Source: Vulcanimicrobiota bacterium (GTDB lineage Bacteria > Vulcanimicrobiota > Vulcanimicrobiia > Eremiobacterales > Eremiobacteraceae). From it: a stretch of DNA of 64,000 nucleotides. The notes under the pieces are model-generated. The model worked only from the letters and a program-made list of their open reading frames with translations. It was not told the DNA's origin and did not search any database. The translations under genes and the position numbers were made by a program. The stretch covers positions 384,001 to 448,000 of the forward strand of contig CAWDVP010000002.1 of the NCBI GenBank assembly GCA_963805945.1, given 5' to 3'. This document shows, one piece after another, positions 1 to 14,502 of this stretch. The stretch's first letter is position 1; each line of letters starts with the position of its first letter.

Positions 1-2
1 CG

Positions 3-383
3 CTCGCCGGCGCGGCGGCGGGCTTCCTGCCGTACAACTTCAGCCGCGCGCGCATCTTCATGGGCGACGGCGGCTCGCTCTTCATCGGCTTCGTGCTGGC
101 GACCGTCGGCGTGATGGGCACGGAGAAGCAGGCCGTCGCGATCTCGCTCGTCGTGCCGCTGCTCATCCTCGCGCTCCCGATCCTCGACACCGCCAAGGTG
201 ATCGTGCGCCGCCTCCACAAAGGCGCGCCGCTGTCGATCGCCGACCGCGAGCACGTGCACCATCAGCTGCTCGACCTCGGTCTGAGCCAGCGCCAGGTCG
301 TCGTGCTCATCTACGCGGTGTGCTGCGTGCTGAGCGGGATCGCCATCGTGCTGTCGCTGCCCAAGGGACCGCACGTCTTTTGA
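3..383 (+). CDS. MraY/WecA/TagO-family undecaprenyl-phosphate GlcNAc-1-P transferase, 3' part (gene starts before the window)
   Basis: FLPYNF..ARIFMGDGGS and DREHVHH motifs, multiple TM helices, directly upstream of wecB. Confidence 0.9.
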   Translation, partial: LAGAAAGFLPYNFSRARIFMGDGGSLFIGFVLATVGVMGTEKQAVAISLVVPLLILALPILDTAKVIVRRLHKGAPLSIADREHVHHQLLDLGLSQRQVVVLIYAVCCVLSGIAIVLSLPKGPHVF

Positions 384-1551
384 CGCGCCCGCTGCGCGTC
401 GCGGTCGTCTTCGGCACGCGGCCCGACGCGATCAAGATGGCGCCGGTGGCGCACGCGCTGACGAGCGACCGGCGTTTCGAGTGCATCACCATCTCCACCG
501 GACAGCATCGCGAGATGCTCGACGAGGTGCTCGCGCTCTTCGACATCGTGCCCGAGCACGATCTCGAGGTGATGACCGACGAGCAGTCGCTCACCGACGT
601 CACCACGCGCGTGCTCGAGCGGCTCTCCGCCGTGCTGGCGGACGCCAAGCCCGAGGTCGTGCTGGTGCATGGCGACACCACCAGCTCCACCGCCTCCGCG
701 CTCGCCGCGTACTATAAGAAGATCCCCGTCGGCCACGTCGAGGCGGGCCTGCGCACCGACACCATCTACGAGCCGTTCCCGGAGGAGATGAACCGCCGGC
801 TCACCGGCGCGCTCGCCACCCATCATTTCGCGCCGACGCCGACGGCCAAGCAGAACCTGCTGCGCGAAGGCAAGGCGGCGCGCGACATCCACGTCACCGG
901 CAACACCGTCATCGACGCGTTCCTCTGGGTGCACGCGCGCACCACGCCAGAGGACGTGCCCGCGGTCGAGACGCCGCGGCTCGCGTTCGTCGAGGCGCAT
1001 CGCCGCGAGAACCTCGGCGAGCCGCTCGAGGCGATCTGCCGCGCGCTGCGCACGGTCGCCGAGCGCCACTCCGACCTCTCCATCCTGTGGCCGGTGCATC
1101 CCAACCCGGCGGTGTCCGAAGTCGCGCGCCGTATCCTCTCGAGCAGCGAGCGCGTGCGGCTCGTGGCGCCGATGACCTACCGTAAGCTCGTCGGCGCCGA
1201 TCGGACGCGCCACGCTCGTCGCGACCGACTCCGGCGGACTGCAAGAAGAGGCGCCTTGCTTGGGCAAACCGGTGCTCGTGTTGCGGCGGGTCACCGAGCG
1301 GCCTGAGGGAGTGGAAGCGGGCACGCTGCGCTTCAGTGGGCACCGACGAGAAGACGATCGTCGCCGCCTTCGACGAGCTGCTCGACGATCAAGCGGCGTA
1401 TCAACGCATGGCGCGCGCGGCGAATCCATATGGCGACGGGCGCGCGGCGGAGCGGATCCGCGACGCGCTCATCGCGCTATATCGCGAAGGCGCGATGCCC
1501 GGCGAATTCGATCCGTCGCTGCCGCCGACGCTTCCCTCAGCGGCGCGGTGA
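380..1551 (+). CDS. wecB: UDP-N-acetylglucosamine 2-epimerase (frameshifts near 1200 and 1335, probably sequencing errors)
   Basis: [56 protein letters not shown] spread over three frames; TTG start overlaps the upstream stop. Confidence 0.93.
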
Positions 1552-1572
1552 GAGCAGAACGACCCGCTCACC

Positions 1573-1740
1573 ATGGCTCGTCTGGCGAGCGTCGGCTTCT
1601 CGCTGCTGGCGAACGTCGCCGTGGGATTCGCGCTCGGCGTGCTCGCGAACAAGTATCTGCATTGGGACTGGGCGATTCCGCTCGGCATCGTGGTCGGCTT
1701 CGCCGCCGGATTCGCGATGATGTTCCGCCAGCTCAGATAG
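1573..1740 (+). CDS. AtpZ/AtpI-family small membrane protein (below the ORF-track length cutoff)
   Basis: Read by hand: [55 protein letters not shown]; two TM helices, first gene of the atp operon. Confidence 0.75.
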   Translation: MARLASVGFSLLANVAVGFALGVLANKYLHWDWAIPLGIVVGFAAGFAMMFRQLR

Positions 1741-1806
1741 CGGCGTCGCACACACGAACGTTCGAGTGGAGGGCGACCCGGACAGCCGGACGAACGCGCC
1801 AACCCT

Positions 1807-2223
1807 ATGGAAGGCTTCCGCACGTTTCAGGCAGCGGTGGCGACGCGCAGCCTGGCGCTAGCGGTCGTCGCCGCCGCAGCCCTAGCGCTGTTCCACCAGC
1901 GCGTCCCGGCGCTCGCGCTCCTGGCGGGGACCCTTATCGGGCTCTTCTATCTCTTACACATCGCGACAAGCTTCAACCGCCTGGTGAAAGGCGGCAAGGC
2001 GTACCTGCCCTTCAACACCATCGAGTCGCTGCTGCGCGTGCTGCTCGCCGGCGCCGCGCCTTTCTTCATCGTGGGACGCGGGCCGTGGCAGGGGTACTTC
2101 ACCTACCTTGCTGGATTTGTCGCACCGCTAGCAGTGGCGATTCTCGTGTATAAGAAACAAATCAGCACGGATTGCGTCCCGACGGGCGCGCCGGACGAAC
2201 ACTCTGCCACCACCGCCTCATAA
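1807..2223 (+). CDS. atpI: ATP synthase protein I-like membrane protein
   Basis: About 4 TM helices, directly upstream of atpB. Confidence 0.7.
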   Translation: MEGFRTFQAAVATRSLALAVVAAAALALFHQRVPALALLAGTLIGLFYLLHIATSFNRLVKGGKAYLPFNTIESLLRVLLAGAAPFFIVGRGPWQGYFTYLAGFVAPLAVAILVYKKQISTDCVPTGAPDEHSATTAS

Positions 2224-2231
2224 AGGAAGCG

Positions 2232-2969
2232 ATGCAGCACGAAAACGTCGGCGATCACCCGCTGTGGCATCTGGATTTCATGCCGGCGCCGTTCAACACG
2301 GTCCATGCCGACACGGTGATCATCACGTGGCTCGTCATGGCCTTGGCGCTGCTCGCCGTGGGCCTGCTCGCCGCCACCCACCCGGTCACGGTGGTCTCCA
2401 AACGCTATAGCGTCATGGAGCTCGTGGTCGGCTACCTCACCGACCTGACGACGGGCATCCTCGGCCGCAACGGCGCGCCGCTCGTGCCGTTCATCATCTC
2501 GCTGTTCCTGTTCATCGTGCTGCTCAACGAGATCGGCCTGCTGCCCGTGCCCGGCTTCTTCTCGCCGACCGCGGACATCAACACGACCGCCGCGCTGGCG
2601 ATCACGACGATCCTGCTCATCCAGGCCGTCGGCATCCGCAATCATGGACTGGGCTTCTACAAACACCTCGTCATCCAACCGCTGGCGCTCGGCATCCCGA
2701 TGCTGCCGTTCATGCTCATCGACGAACTGGCGCGGCCGGTGACGCTCGCGATGCGGCTGTTCGGCAACATCTTCGCCGGCGAGATCCTCTTGGTGGTCGT
2801 CGCGGCGATCATCGGCGCCAAGATCGGCCTCCTCTCGACGCTCGCGAACGGCGCGCCGATCCTCATCTACGCGTTCAACCTGATCATCGGGCTCATCCAG
2901 GCGCTCGTCTTCACCTTGCTGACCATCGCGTACCTCATCGCGCCAACTTCGGAATCAACGGAACACTAA
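2232..2969 (+). CDS. atpB: F0 subunit a
   Basis: SPTADINTT, RPVTLAMRLFGNIFAGE, IQALVFTLLT; AAGGAAG RBS before ATG 2232. Confidence 0.96.
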   Translation: MQHENVGDHPLWHLDFMPAPFNTVHADTVIITWLVMALALLAVGLLAATHPVTVVSKRYSVMELVVGYLTDLTTGILGRNGAPLVPFIISLFLFIVLLNEIGLLPVPGFFSPTADINTTAALAITTILLIQAVGIRNHGLGFYKHLVIQPLALGIPMLPFMLIDELARPVTLAMRLFGNIFAGEILLVVVAAIIGAKIGLLSTLANGAPILIYAFNLIIGLIQALVFTLLTIAYLIAPTSESTEH

Positions 2970-2982
2970 AGGGAGCACATCT

Positions 2983-3274
2983 GTGGAAAACGCAATTCTG
3001 GTCTCAGCGGTCATCGTGAGCTTCGCCTTGATGGTGGGGTTCGCGGCGTTCGGTTCCGCGATCGGCGACGGCATCATCGGCAGCAAAGCCGTCGAGTCGA
3101 TCGCGCGGCAGCCCGAAGCGCGGCCGAACATATTCTTCTTCTACTTCCTCGGCTTCGGCATCCTGGAGGCCTTCCCGATCATCGCGATCGCGCTGGCCTT
3201 CTTCTTGCTGATCGGCGGCGGCGGTCTGGGCGTGATGCAGGCTGCTCAAGCCCATCCTCACCGCGGGCCACTAG
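2983..3274 (+). CDS. atpE: F0 subunit c (likely indel near 3240 hides the stop at 3272-3274)
   Basis: GSAIGDGIIG, ARQPE loop, ion-binding Glu in ILEAFPII. Confidence 0.93.
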
Positions 3275-3291
3275 GACGTAGCAGAGCCGGC

Positions 3292-3727
3292 ATGCTGCTC
3301 TCGATCGACGGCACGTTCCTCGTCCAGATCCTGAACTTCATCGTGTTCTGGGCGCTGCTGAACTACGTCTTCATCGCGCCGACGCGGCGCACGGTCGAGG
3401 CGCGCCAACGGCTCATCGCGGAGCAGCAGCGGGCGGCGGAGGAGCTCGCAGGCGCGCGCGCAGGCGCTGCAGGCGCAAGCCGACGCGATCATCGGCGAGG
3501 CCCGGCGTACGACCGACGAAGCGATGCGCGCCGCGGCCGCGGCGGCCTCCGACGAGACGCACGCCATCGAGCGCAAAGCCGCGGACGAGGCGACGGCGAC
3601 CGTGACGCTCGCGCACGCGACCGTCGCGGACGAGCGTGCACAGGCGGTGGCCAATCAGGCGGCGTTCGTCGATGAGCTCGCGCACACGATGGCAACGCGC
3701 GCGACCGGCATGGAGAGCGTGGCATGA
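3292..3727 (+). CDS. F0 subunit b/b', first copy (frameshift near 3450)
   Basis: IDGTFLVQILNFIVFWALLNYVFIAP TM segment followed by an Ala/Glu/Arg coiled coil continuing in ORF 3524-3727. Confidence 0.85.
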
Positions 3728-4231
3728 TGGACTTCGCCGCGGCGTTCCACGATCCGATCTTCATCGCGAAGTTCATCGACTTCGTCCTCTTCGCGGTGGT
3801 CGATCGTCTATGTCTACCAGCACGTGGCTGGAGCCGGTGCTCGTCGGCTACCAGGAATCCCAGAACAAAGCGGTCGCAGACGCGGCCGCGCGCCGCGCGG
3901 CGTGCGAGCAGGCGGTCGAGACGGCCAGCCGCCGCGATCTCGCAGGCGGAGCTCGACGCGACGCGCATGGTGGAGATCGGCCGCGCGCAGGCGGCGAAGC
4001 TCATCGCCGACGAACGCGCGCGCGGCGCAAGCGCACGCGCAGCGTATCGCCGCGCACGCCGCGGGCGAACTCGAACGCGAGCGCTACCGCGTGCGTCGCG
4101 AATTGCTCGAGGACACGGTCGAGCGCGCGACCGCCGCCGCGCGCGCGATCGTCACGCGCGATCTCACGCCCGCCCGGCAGCAGGCGCTCGTCGAGGGCGC
4201 GGTCGCGGATCTCGAGGCCGGCCGTGCTTAA
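3724..4231 (+). CDS. atpF: F0 subunit b, second copy (several frameshifts)
   Basis: AKFIDFVLF TM segment plus coiled-coil pieces across frames; lies between the first b gene and delta. Confidence 0.8.
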
Positions 4232-4823
4232 GGACAGCCTCGCGCGCCGCTACTCCGCCGCGCTGTTCGCGCTCGCCGACGAGGCCGGCACGACGCGTGC
4301 GACCCTCGACCAGCTCGACGCCTTCATCGCCGCGCTCGACGAAGATCCGCAGCTGGCGGAGTTCTACGAATCGCCGGTCATCGACCGGGCGGAGAAACAG
4401 CGCATGCTCGAGACCGCGCTCGCCGGCAGCGGCGAGCTGGTCGCGCAGTTCGTGCTGCTGCTCGTGCGCAAACGGCGCGAGAACATCATCCGGCTGGTCG
4501 CAAGCCAGATGCACGAACTGCTCGATCGCCAAGCCGGCCGCGCGGACGCCGATATCGAGACGCCGACGCCGCTGCCGGCGCACGAGCTCGCGGAGCTGGC
4601 GCGCCGGCTCTCGAAGGTGTACGGCCGGACGATCGTGCCGCAGCCGAAAGTGCAGCCGGCGCTGCTCGGCGGCATGGTGGTGCAGGTCGGCGACCGCTAC
4701 GTCGACGCCAGCGTGTCCGGCAAGATCGAGGAACTGCGCCGTCATCTGCTCGCGAGCGCGGACACGTGGAGCAGCACATCTACTAACGGTCGGATCAATC
4801 CGACCGCTCCAGGGGATCGATAA
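4224..4823 (+). CDS. atpH: F1 subunit delta
   Basis: [10 protein letters not shown]-terminus, [19 protein letters not shown]-terminus. Confidence 0.93.
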   Translation: MLKDSLARRYSAALFALADEAGTTRATLDQLDAFIAALDEDPQLAEFYESPVIDRAEKQRMLETALAGSGELVAQFVLLLVRKRRENIIRLVASQMHELLDRQAGRADADIETPTPLPAHELAELARRLSKVYGRTIVPQPKVQPALLGGMVVQVGDRYVDASVSGKIEELRRHLLASADTWSSTSTNGRINPTAPGDR

Positions 4824-4825
4824 AT

Positions 4826-6337
4826 ATGATCAACGCCGACGAGATCGCGGGAATACTCAAACAGCAGATCCAGAGCGCCCGCACGCAGACGCGCCAAGAC
4901 GAGGTGGGCACCGTCATCGAAGTGGGCGACTCCATCGCCCGCGTCTACGGGCTGAGCGCCGCGCAGGCGGGCGAACTGCTGCAGTTCCCCAACGGGTTGT
5001 TCGGCATCGTCTTCAACCTCGAAGAGGACAACGTCGGCGTCGTCATCATGGGTCCCGACTCGGACATCAAAGAGGGCGCCACGGTGCGGCGCACCGGCCG
5101 CATCGTCTCTGTGCCCGTCGGCGATGCGGTCATCGGCCGCGTCGTGAACCCGCTCGGCCAGCCGCTCGACGACAAAGGCCCGGTCAACACGACGCGCACG
5201 CGGCCGATCGAGACGCAGGCGCCCGGCGTCGTGCAGCGCCAGCCGGTGCATGAACCGCTGCAGACCGGCATCAAGTCCATCGACGGCCTCATCCCGGTCG
5301 GCAAGGGGCAGCGCGAGCTCATCATCGGCGACCGCCAGACCGGCAAGACGGCGATCGCGCTCGACGCGATCATCAACCAAAAGGGCAAGGACGTCATCTG
5401 CATCTACGTCGCGATCGGGCAGAAGGCGTCGACGGTCGCGCAGGTCTACAAGCTGCTCACCGATGCCGGCGCGATGGACTACACGACGATCGTCGCGGCC
5501 AACGCGGCGGATCCGGCGAGCCTGCGCTACATCGCGCCGTACGCCGGCTGCGCGATGGGTCAAGAGCTCATGTACGCCGGCAAGCACGTGCTCATCATCT
5601 ACGACGATCTCTCCAAGCACGCGCAGGCGTACCGCGAGATCTCGCTCGTGCTGCGCCGCCCGCCCGGCCGCGAGGCGTATCCGGGCGACATCTTCTACCT
5701 CCACTCGCGCCTGTTGGAGCGCGCGGCGAAGCTCTCCGACGAGCTCGGCGGCGGTTCGATGACCGCGTTGCCCGTCATCGAGACGCAGCAGGGCGACGTC
5801 TCCGCGTACATCCCGACGAATCTGATCTCGATCACCGACGGCCAGATCTACCTGGACACGAACCTGTTCTACCAGGGCATCCGGCCGGCCATCGACGTCG
5901 GCTTGTCCGTGTCGCGCGTCGGCGGCAACGCGCAGACCAAGGCGATGAAGGCCGTCGCCGGCCAGCTGCGCCTCGAGCTGTCGCAGTACCGCGATCTCGC
6001 GGCGTTCTCGAAGCTTGCGTCCGACCTCGACAAGGCGACACAAGCGCAGCTGTCGCGCGGCGAGAAGGTGACCGAGACGCTCAAGCAGCCGCAGTTCGAG
6101 CCGCTCGACCTCGACCGCCAGGTCATCCAGATCTACGTCGCGGTGAAGGACTACTTGGCGGACATCCCCACGCCGCGCGTGCGCGAGTTCCAGAAGCAGT
6201 TCTACGAGTTCTTGCAGACGGCGCATCCCGACATCCCCGCGTTCATCGCCGACCGCAAAGAGCTCAACGACGAGATCCGCGGAAAGCTCGACGCGGCCAT
6301 CGTCGAGTTCAAGCAGCGCTTCGCGGCGGCGAAATGA
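4826..6337 (+). CDS. atpA: F1 subunit alpha
   Basis: GDRQTGKT Walker [13 protein letters not shown]. Confidence 0.99.
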   Translation: MINADEIAGILKQQIQSARTQTRQDEVGTVIEVGDSIARVYGLSAAQAGELLQFPNGLFGIVFNLEEDNVGVVIMGPDSDIKEGATVRRTGRIVSVPVGDAVIGRVVNPLGQPLDDKGPVNTTRTRPIETQAPGVVQRQPVHEPLQTGIKSIDGLIPVGKGQRELIIGDRQTGKTAIALDAIINQKGKDVICIYVAIGQKASTVAQVYKLLTDAGAMDYTTIVAANAADPASLRYIAPYAGCAMGQELMYAGKHVLIIYDDLSKHAQAYREISLVLRRPPGREAYPGDIFYLHSRLLERAAKLSDELGGGSMTALPVIETQQGDVSAYIPTNLISITDGQIYLDTNLFYQGIRPAIDVGLSVSRVGGNAQTKAMKAVAGQLRLELSQYRDLAAFSKLASDLDKATQAQLSRGEKVTETLKQPQFEPLDLDRQVIQIYVAVKDYLADIPTPRVREFQKQFYEFLQTAHPDIPAFIADRKELNDEIRGKLDAAIVEFKQRFAAAK

Positions 6338-6345
6338 CGCGCTAG

Positions 6346-7204
6346 ATGCCGACACTCCGCCAGCTGCGCGACCGCGTCAAGTCGCTCAAGAACACCCAGC
6401 AGATCACCCGCGCCATGAAGATGGTCGCGGGCGCGAGGATCCGCCGGGCGGAGCTCGACATGCGCGCAGCGCGGCCGTACGCTGCGGCGATCGGCGAGAT
6501 GCTGACGCAGCTCGCGTCAGCCGGCGGCAGCAGCGCGAACCATCCGCTGCTCGAGACGCGCGAGGTGAGGACCCGCGCGATCCTGCTCATGACCGCCGAC
6601 AAGGGTCTGTGCGGCTCGTTCAACTCGAATCTCGTGCGTGCGGCGCTCAAGTCGATCGAAGGCGATGGCAGATCCAAAGCTCTATCTCGTCGGCACCAAG
6701 GGCCGGGTGCAGCTGCAGCGCAGATATCCGCCCGCCGCGTTCTGGCCGCTGCTGAGCAAGAGCTTCGGCGAACTCGCCAAGGAAGTCGCGATCCAAGGTG
6801 AGCGACGATTTCTTGTCGGGGGCGGTCGATTCGGTGACGCTCGTGTCGAGCCGTTTCGTCTCGACCATGGTGCAGCGGCCGACGCGCGATCCAATTGCTG
6901 CCGATCGCGACCGCGAGCAGCCGAGAAGCGGGATGCCGGCAAGAACTCGTTCGAGTTCGAGCCCGACGTCGCGGCGGTGCTGGCGTCGCTGCTGCCGAAA
7001 TATCTCGAGTTCACCATCTTCCAGGCGCTGCTCGAGACGCAGGCGTCGGAATTCGCGGCACGGCTCATCGCGATGACGAGCGCCACGGACAACGCGGGCA
7101 AGCTCATCGACGAGATCACCATGCTCATGAACCAGACGCGCCAGGCGGCGATCACCAAGGAGATCTTGGAGATCGTCGGCGGCGCCGAAGCGCTGAAAGG
7201 CTAG
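6346..7204 (+). CDS. atpG: F1 subunit gamma (frameshifted)
   Basis: KNTQQITRAMKMVA, DKGLCGSFN, RQAAITKEILEIVGGAEAL in different frames. Confidence 0.95.
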
Positions 7205-8629
<1,425 letters not shown>

Positions 8630-8635
8630 CGGCGC

Positions 8636-9070
8636 ATGGCGACCACGCATCTCTCGGTCGTCACGCCGGCCGCCCTGAAGTTCGAGGGCGACGTCGAGAT
8701 CGTCATCGCGCCGGGCGCCGCGGGCGACCTCGCCGCGTTGGTCAACCACGCGCCGCTGCTCACGACCCTGCGCACCGGCCTGGTGAAGGCGGACACGATC
8801 CGGCCGAGCGCGGGCGACGCGAATCCGGCGGTCGAGCGGGTCGAGTTCTGCGTCGACGGGGGCTTCATGCAGGTGCTGCCCGATCGCGTCATCATCCTCA
8901 CCGATACCGCCCTCGCGCGCGACGAGGTGGATGTCGTCGCCACGCGAGCCGAATTGAAGCGGGCCGAGGAAGCCCTCGCGCAGAAGAAGGGCGCTGATGA
9001 TCTCCCAGAGCGTCGCGCGGTCGCATGGGCACAGGCCAAGCTCGAGGTCGCGCACAGCACGCCGGAATAA
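8636..9070 (+). CDS. atpC: F1 subunit epsilon
   Basis: LSVVTP, HAPLLTTL, VDGGFMQV; last gene of the operon. Confidence 0.95.
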   Translation: MATTHLSVVTPAALKFEGDVEIVIAPGAAGDLAALVNHAPLLTTLRTGLVKADTIRPSAGDANPAVERVEFCVDGGFMQVLPDRVIILTDTALARDEVDVVATRAELKRAEEALAQKKGADDLPERRAVAWAQAKLEVAHSTPE

Positions 9071-9090
9071 CGGTCGAGTGAACTCGACCG
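9071..9090 (+). terminator. Hairpin closing the atp operon
   Basis: CGGTCGAGT-GA-ACTCGACCG immediately after the atpC stop; weak U tract. Confidence 0.5.
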
Positions 9091-9103
9091 CTACATTCTC
9101 TAT

Positions 9104-11457
<2,354 letters not shown>

Positions 11458-11464
11458 GGGTGAT

Positions 11465-11541
11465 CTATGTAGGGGCCGATCTTAAGATCGGCCCTCCCCA
11501 CGTCGAAAAAAGGGTCGACCTAAAGGTCGACCCCTACATAG
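11465..11541. repeat. Inverted pair of GTAG-type REP palindromes (REPIN-like)
   Basis: CTATGTAGGGGCCGATCTTAAGATCGGCCCT at 11465-11495 and, on the minus strand, CTATGTAGGGGTCGACCTTTAGGTCGACCCT at 11511-11541. Confidence 0.85.
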
Positions 11542-11553
11542 GTTGTACGTCCG

Positions 11554-11748
11554 TTATGAGGCGAAGCGCAGGCGGCGCGCGATGCTCGCGCCCGCTCGCT
11601 TCACGCGGCGGCGCGCACGGGCGACCCGGCTTTTGGCGCTGCGGTGCATCTCCTGGCCGACCGCGAGCGGCACCAGCGCGGTGCACACGGCGGCGAAGAT
11701 AATGCCGAGGGTGGCGTAGAACATCTGGTTTCGGATGCGGGAACCCAT
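11554..11748 (-). CDS. Small hypothetical membrane protein (64 aa)
   Basis: MGSRIRNQMFYATLGIIFAAVCTALVPLAVGQEM... one TM helix plus basic tail; fills the gap between the REP pair and tsaC. Confidence 0.5.
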   Translation of the reverse strand: MGSRIRNQMFYATLGIIFAAVCTALVPLAVGQEMHRSAKSRVARARRRVKRAGASIARRLRFAS

Positions 11749-11805
11749 ACTATACTCTTTACCAACCAGGCGCCGACGCCCTTCGGCGTGCGGGAGCGAG
11801 CTGCG

Positions 11806-12423
11806 ATGCACGTAGTGCGCGCCGGCGGAACGCCCGACGCTGCGACGCTGCACGAGGCCGCCACATGTATCCGCACGGGCGGCCTGCTGATCTTCCCGAC
11901 CGAGACCGTCTACGGCATCGGGTGCGCGCCCGACGACGAGCGCGCGGTCGCCGCGCTCTTCCGCGCGAAGCGCCGACCAGCCGACAAGCCGCTTGCGATC
12001 CATCTCGCACGCGCGGCGGATGCCGAGGTGTTCGCGCTCGCGTTACCGGAGAGCGCGCGCCGCATCATGCGATCGTTGTGGCCCGGACCGGTCGCCATCG
12101 TCGTCGAGCGCGCCCCGACACGCGCAGCCGCCGCCGCATGCGGCGGCGCCACGATCTCGCTGCGCTGCCCGGACGACGCGGCATGTCGTGCGATCCTCGA
12201 GGCGACGGGGCCGCTCGCCGCCACGTCGGCCAATCTCGCCAGCGAGCCGGCGTTCCTGGGAGATGAAGCGGGCATCGCGTCGCTGCCGGACGCGGCGCTC
12301 GCGATCATCACAGGGCCCACCCGATTGCGGCAAGAAAGCACGGTCGTTGATTGTACCGGCGAGATCCCACGTATCCTGCGGCACGGCGCGGTCGACGAAG
12401 CGGCCATCGCCGCTGCGCGCTAA
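11806..12423 (+). CDS. tsaC: L-threonylcarbamoyladenylate synthase (YrdC/Sua5 domain)
   Basis: FPTETVYGIG, KRRPADKPL, LWPGP, ATSANL, STVVD. Confidence 0.93.
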   Translation: MHVVRAGGTPDAATLHEAATCIRTGGLLIFPTETVYGIGCAPDDERAVAALFRAKRRPADKPLAIHLARAADAEVFALALPESARRIMRSLWPGPVAIVVERAPTRAAAAACGGATISLRCPDDAACRAILEATGPLAATSANLASEPAFLGDEAGIASLPDAALAIITGPTRLRQESTVVDCTGEIPRILRHGAVDEAAIAAAR

Positions 12424-12436
12424 GCCCCGCCCTCCG

Positions 12437-14293
12437 ATGACCACCACGCGCTGGATCGCGACCGCGCTGGCGCTCGCCGTCGCCACCTGCCTCTCGCCTG
12501 TGCCGGCGCGCGCCGACCTGCAGATCGGGCGCTTCTCGCTCGAGTTCCGGAATTCGAACTACAATCTGAAGACCGGCGACATCGTGCTCACCGGCGGGGT
12601 CAGTGGCAAGGGACCGGACGGCGACTTCCGCGCGGACCGCGCGTTCGGCAACCGGGAGAAGCAAGAGATCACGTTGGTCGGCGGCGTGCAGGCGCATCGC
12701 AAGAGCGGCACGCAACCGATCACGCTGCGCAGCGATACCGCCTTCATCGACGAGCGGGCGAAGACGTACGTGGCGTCCGGCAACGCGAGCGCACAGGTCG
12801 GGCAGCGCATCATGAACGCGGACGAGATGCGTTTCGACGATGCCGCGCACGTCTTCACGCTGAGCGGATCCGTGAGCATCGTCGAACCGCCGGGACGCAC
12901 GCTGCTGACGGGCCTGCTCATCTATCACGACGACACCGGCGACATCAGCTCACCCGGCCCGTTGAGCGGCATCGCCGAGAACGGTGACTTCCGCGCCGAC
13001 CGCGCGCAGGGCAACGTGCGCACCAATCTCATGACGCTGTCCGGCGGCGTCGTGCTGCACTCAGGCGCCGTCGCGAGTGGGCCGTCGAAGGAGCCGATCG
13101 CGCTGTACGCCGACACGCTGCACATCGACGGCGCCGCCAAGCGCATGCAGGCGAGCGGCGACGTCCGCATCGAGCAGGGCACGCAGACGCTGAGCGCGCC
13201 GCAGCTCGACCTCGACAACGCGACGGGCGAGATGCGCATGAGCGGCGGTGTGCACGGCGCGCAGCCGCCCGACCGCACATTCGACACCGCAGAGATCAGC
13301 TACAACCTCAACTCGGGCGAGATAACGGTGCCCAAAGCCGTGCGCGGCACATCGCGCAACGGCGACTTCTCCGCCGGTTCGGCGCACGGCAACCTCAAAG
13401 CGCACGTGTACGATCTGGTCGGCGACGCCGTCGTGCACTCGAGCGGCAAGGCCACGAAGGGCACGCCGACGACGCCGACCACGTTGAGCGCGCAGCACAT
13501 CCATATCGACGAGGCGAACAAATCGTATCGGGCGGAGGGCGGGGCGGAGGTGGCGCAAGGCGATCGCACGGTGAGCGCGCCGCTGATGACGTTCGACGAC
13601 AAGATCCACGTCGTCAAGATGACCGGCGGCGTCCACGCGACGCAGCTGCCGAATCGCAGCGCCGACACCGCCGAGGTCATCTATCATTCCGACAGCGGAG
13701 ATGTGTCTGCGCCCGCGCACGTGTCCGGCCGCTCGCCGACCGATTCGTTCTCCGCGGATCGCGCGCTCGGCAACACCAAGAAGAACGTCTACGATCTGCT
13801 CGGCAACGTGGTGTTGCGCCGGCAGAACCCCACCGACAAAGACCCGAGCGTGATGACCGCGAGCGACCTGCACATCGACGGCAATGCCAAGACTTACACC
13901 GCGACGGGCAATCCGAAGGTGACGCAAGGTCCGCGCACGATGACCGGCAAGGTGATCAGCCTCAACGACACGACCCACCTCATGCACGTGAGCGGCGGGG
14001 TGCATGTGGAAGCGCCGCAGGGCCGTTCCTTCAACACGCCCGAGCTCACCTACAATCTCCAGAGCGACGACTTCAAGATGCTCGGCGGCATCACCGCGCT
14101 CTTCCCGCTCGGCAAGCCGAGCCCGACGCCGACGCCCTTCGCGTCGCCGAGCAGCGACCTCGCGCCGCAAGCGCCGTCCCCGTTCGCCAACGGCGGCATC
14201 CCCTCGCAATTCGCGTCGCCCGCGCCGTCGCCGTCGCCCACCGCGTCGCCGCCACCGACGATCGCACCATCACCAAGCGCGGCCCCGCACTAG
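12437..14293 (+). CDS. Secreted protein with four tandem LptA/LptC/OstA-like beta-jellyroll repeats and a Pro/Ser tail
   Basis: Signal peptide ending ..PARA; repeats begin DFRADRAFGN, DFRADRAQGN, DFSAGSAHGN, SFSADRALGN; recurring L.G.V, A.G...QG.R and .AD beta-strand patterns. Confidence 0.75.
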   Translation: MTTTRWIATALALAVATCLSPVPARADLQIGRFSLEFRNSNYNLKTGDIVLTGGVSGKGPDGDFRADRAFGNREKQEITLVGGVQAHRKSGTQPITLRSDTAFIDERAKTYVASGNASAQVGQRIMNADEMRFDDAAHVFTLSGSVSIVEPPGRTLLTGLLIYHDDTGDISSPGPLSGIAENGDFRADRAQGNVRTNLMTLSGGVVLHSGAVASGPSKEPIALYADTLHIDGAAKRMQASGDVRIEQGTQTLSAPQLDLDNATGEMRMSGGVHGAQPPDRTFDTAEISYNLNSGEITVPKAVRGTSRNGDFSAGSAHGNLKAHVYDLVGDAVVHSSGKATKGTPTTPTTLSAQHIHIDEANKSYRAEGGAEVAQGDRTVSAPLMTFDDKIHVVKMTGGVHATQLPNRSADTAEVIYHSDSGDVSAPAHVSGRSPTDSFSADRALGNTKKNVYDLLGNVVLRRQNPTDKDPSVMTASDLHIDGNAKTYTATGNPKVTQGPRTMTGKVISLNDTTHLMHVSGGVHVEAPQGRSFNTPELTYNLQSDDFKMLGGITALFPLGKPSPTPTPFASPSSDLAPQAPSPFANGGIPSQFASPAPSPSPTASPPPTIAPSPSAAPH

Positions 14294-14295
14294 GC

Positions 14296-14502
14296 ATGAC
14301 GAGCGAAGGGACAGCACGGCCGACGAAATCGCGCTGCGAGCGCTGCGGTGTCGCGTTCGGCGCACACGCGCAAGCCCAAGCATGCGGCTACGGCTGCACG
14401 TTTTGCGAAGCGTGCACGCGCGCGATGAACGCGGTGTGCCCGAACTGCGCGGGCGCGCTTGTGCCGGTGACAATCATCAGCAAAGGACCCTCTTCACGAT
14501 GA
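14296..14502 (+). CDS. DUF1272-like Cys-rich small protein
   Basis: CERC...CGYGCTFCEAC...CPNCAGALV. Confidence 0.8.
   Translation: MTSEGTARPTKSRCERCGVAFGAHAQAQACGYGCTFCEACTRAMNAVCPNCAGALVPVTIISKGPSSR

Noticed and set aside
2983..3675. Apparent c-b subunit fusion
   Set aside because: One indel near 3240 restores a stop at 3272-3274, and the b gene has its own ATG at 3292.
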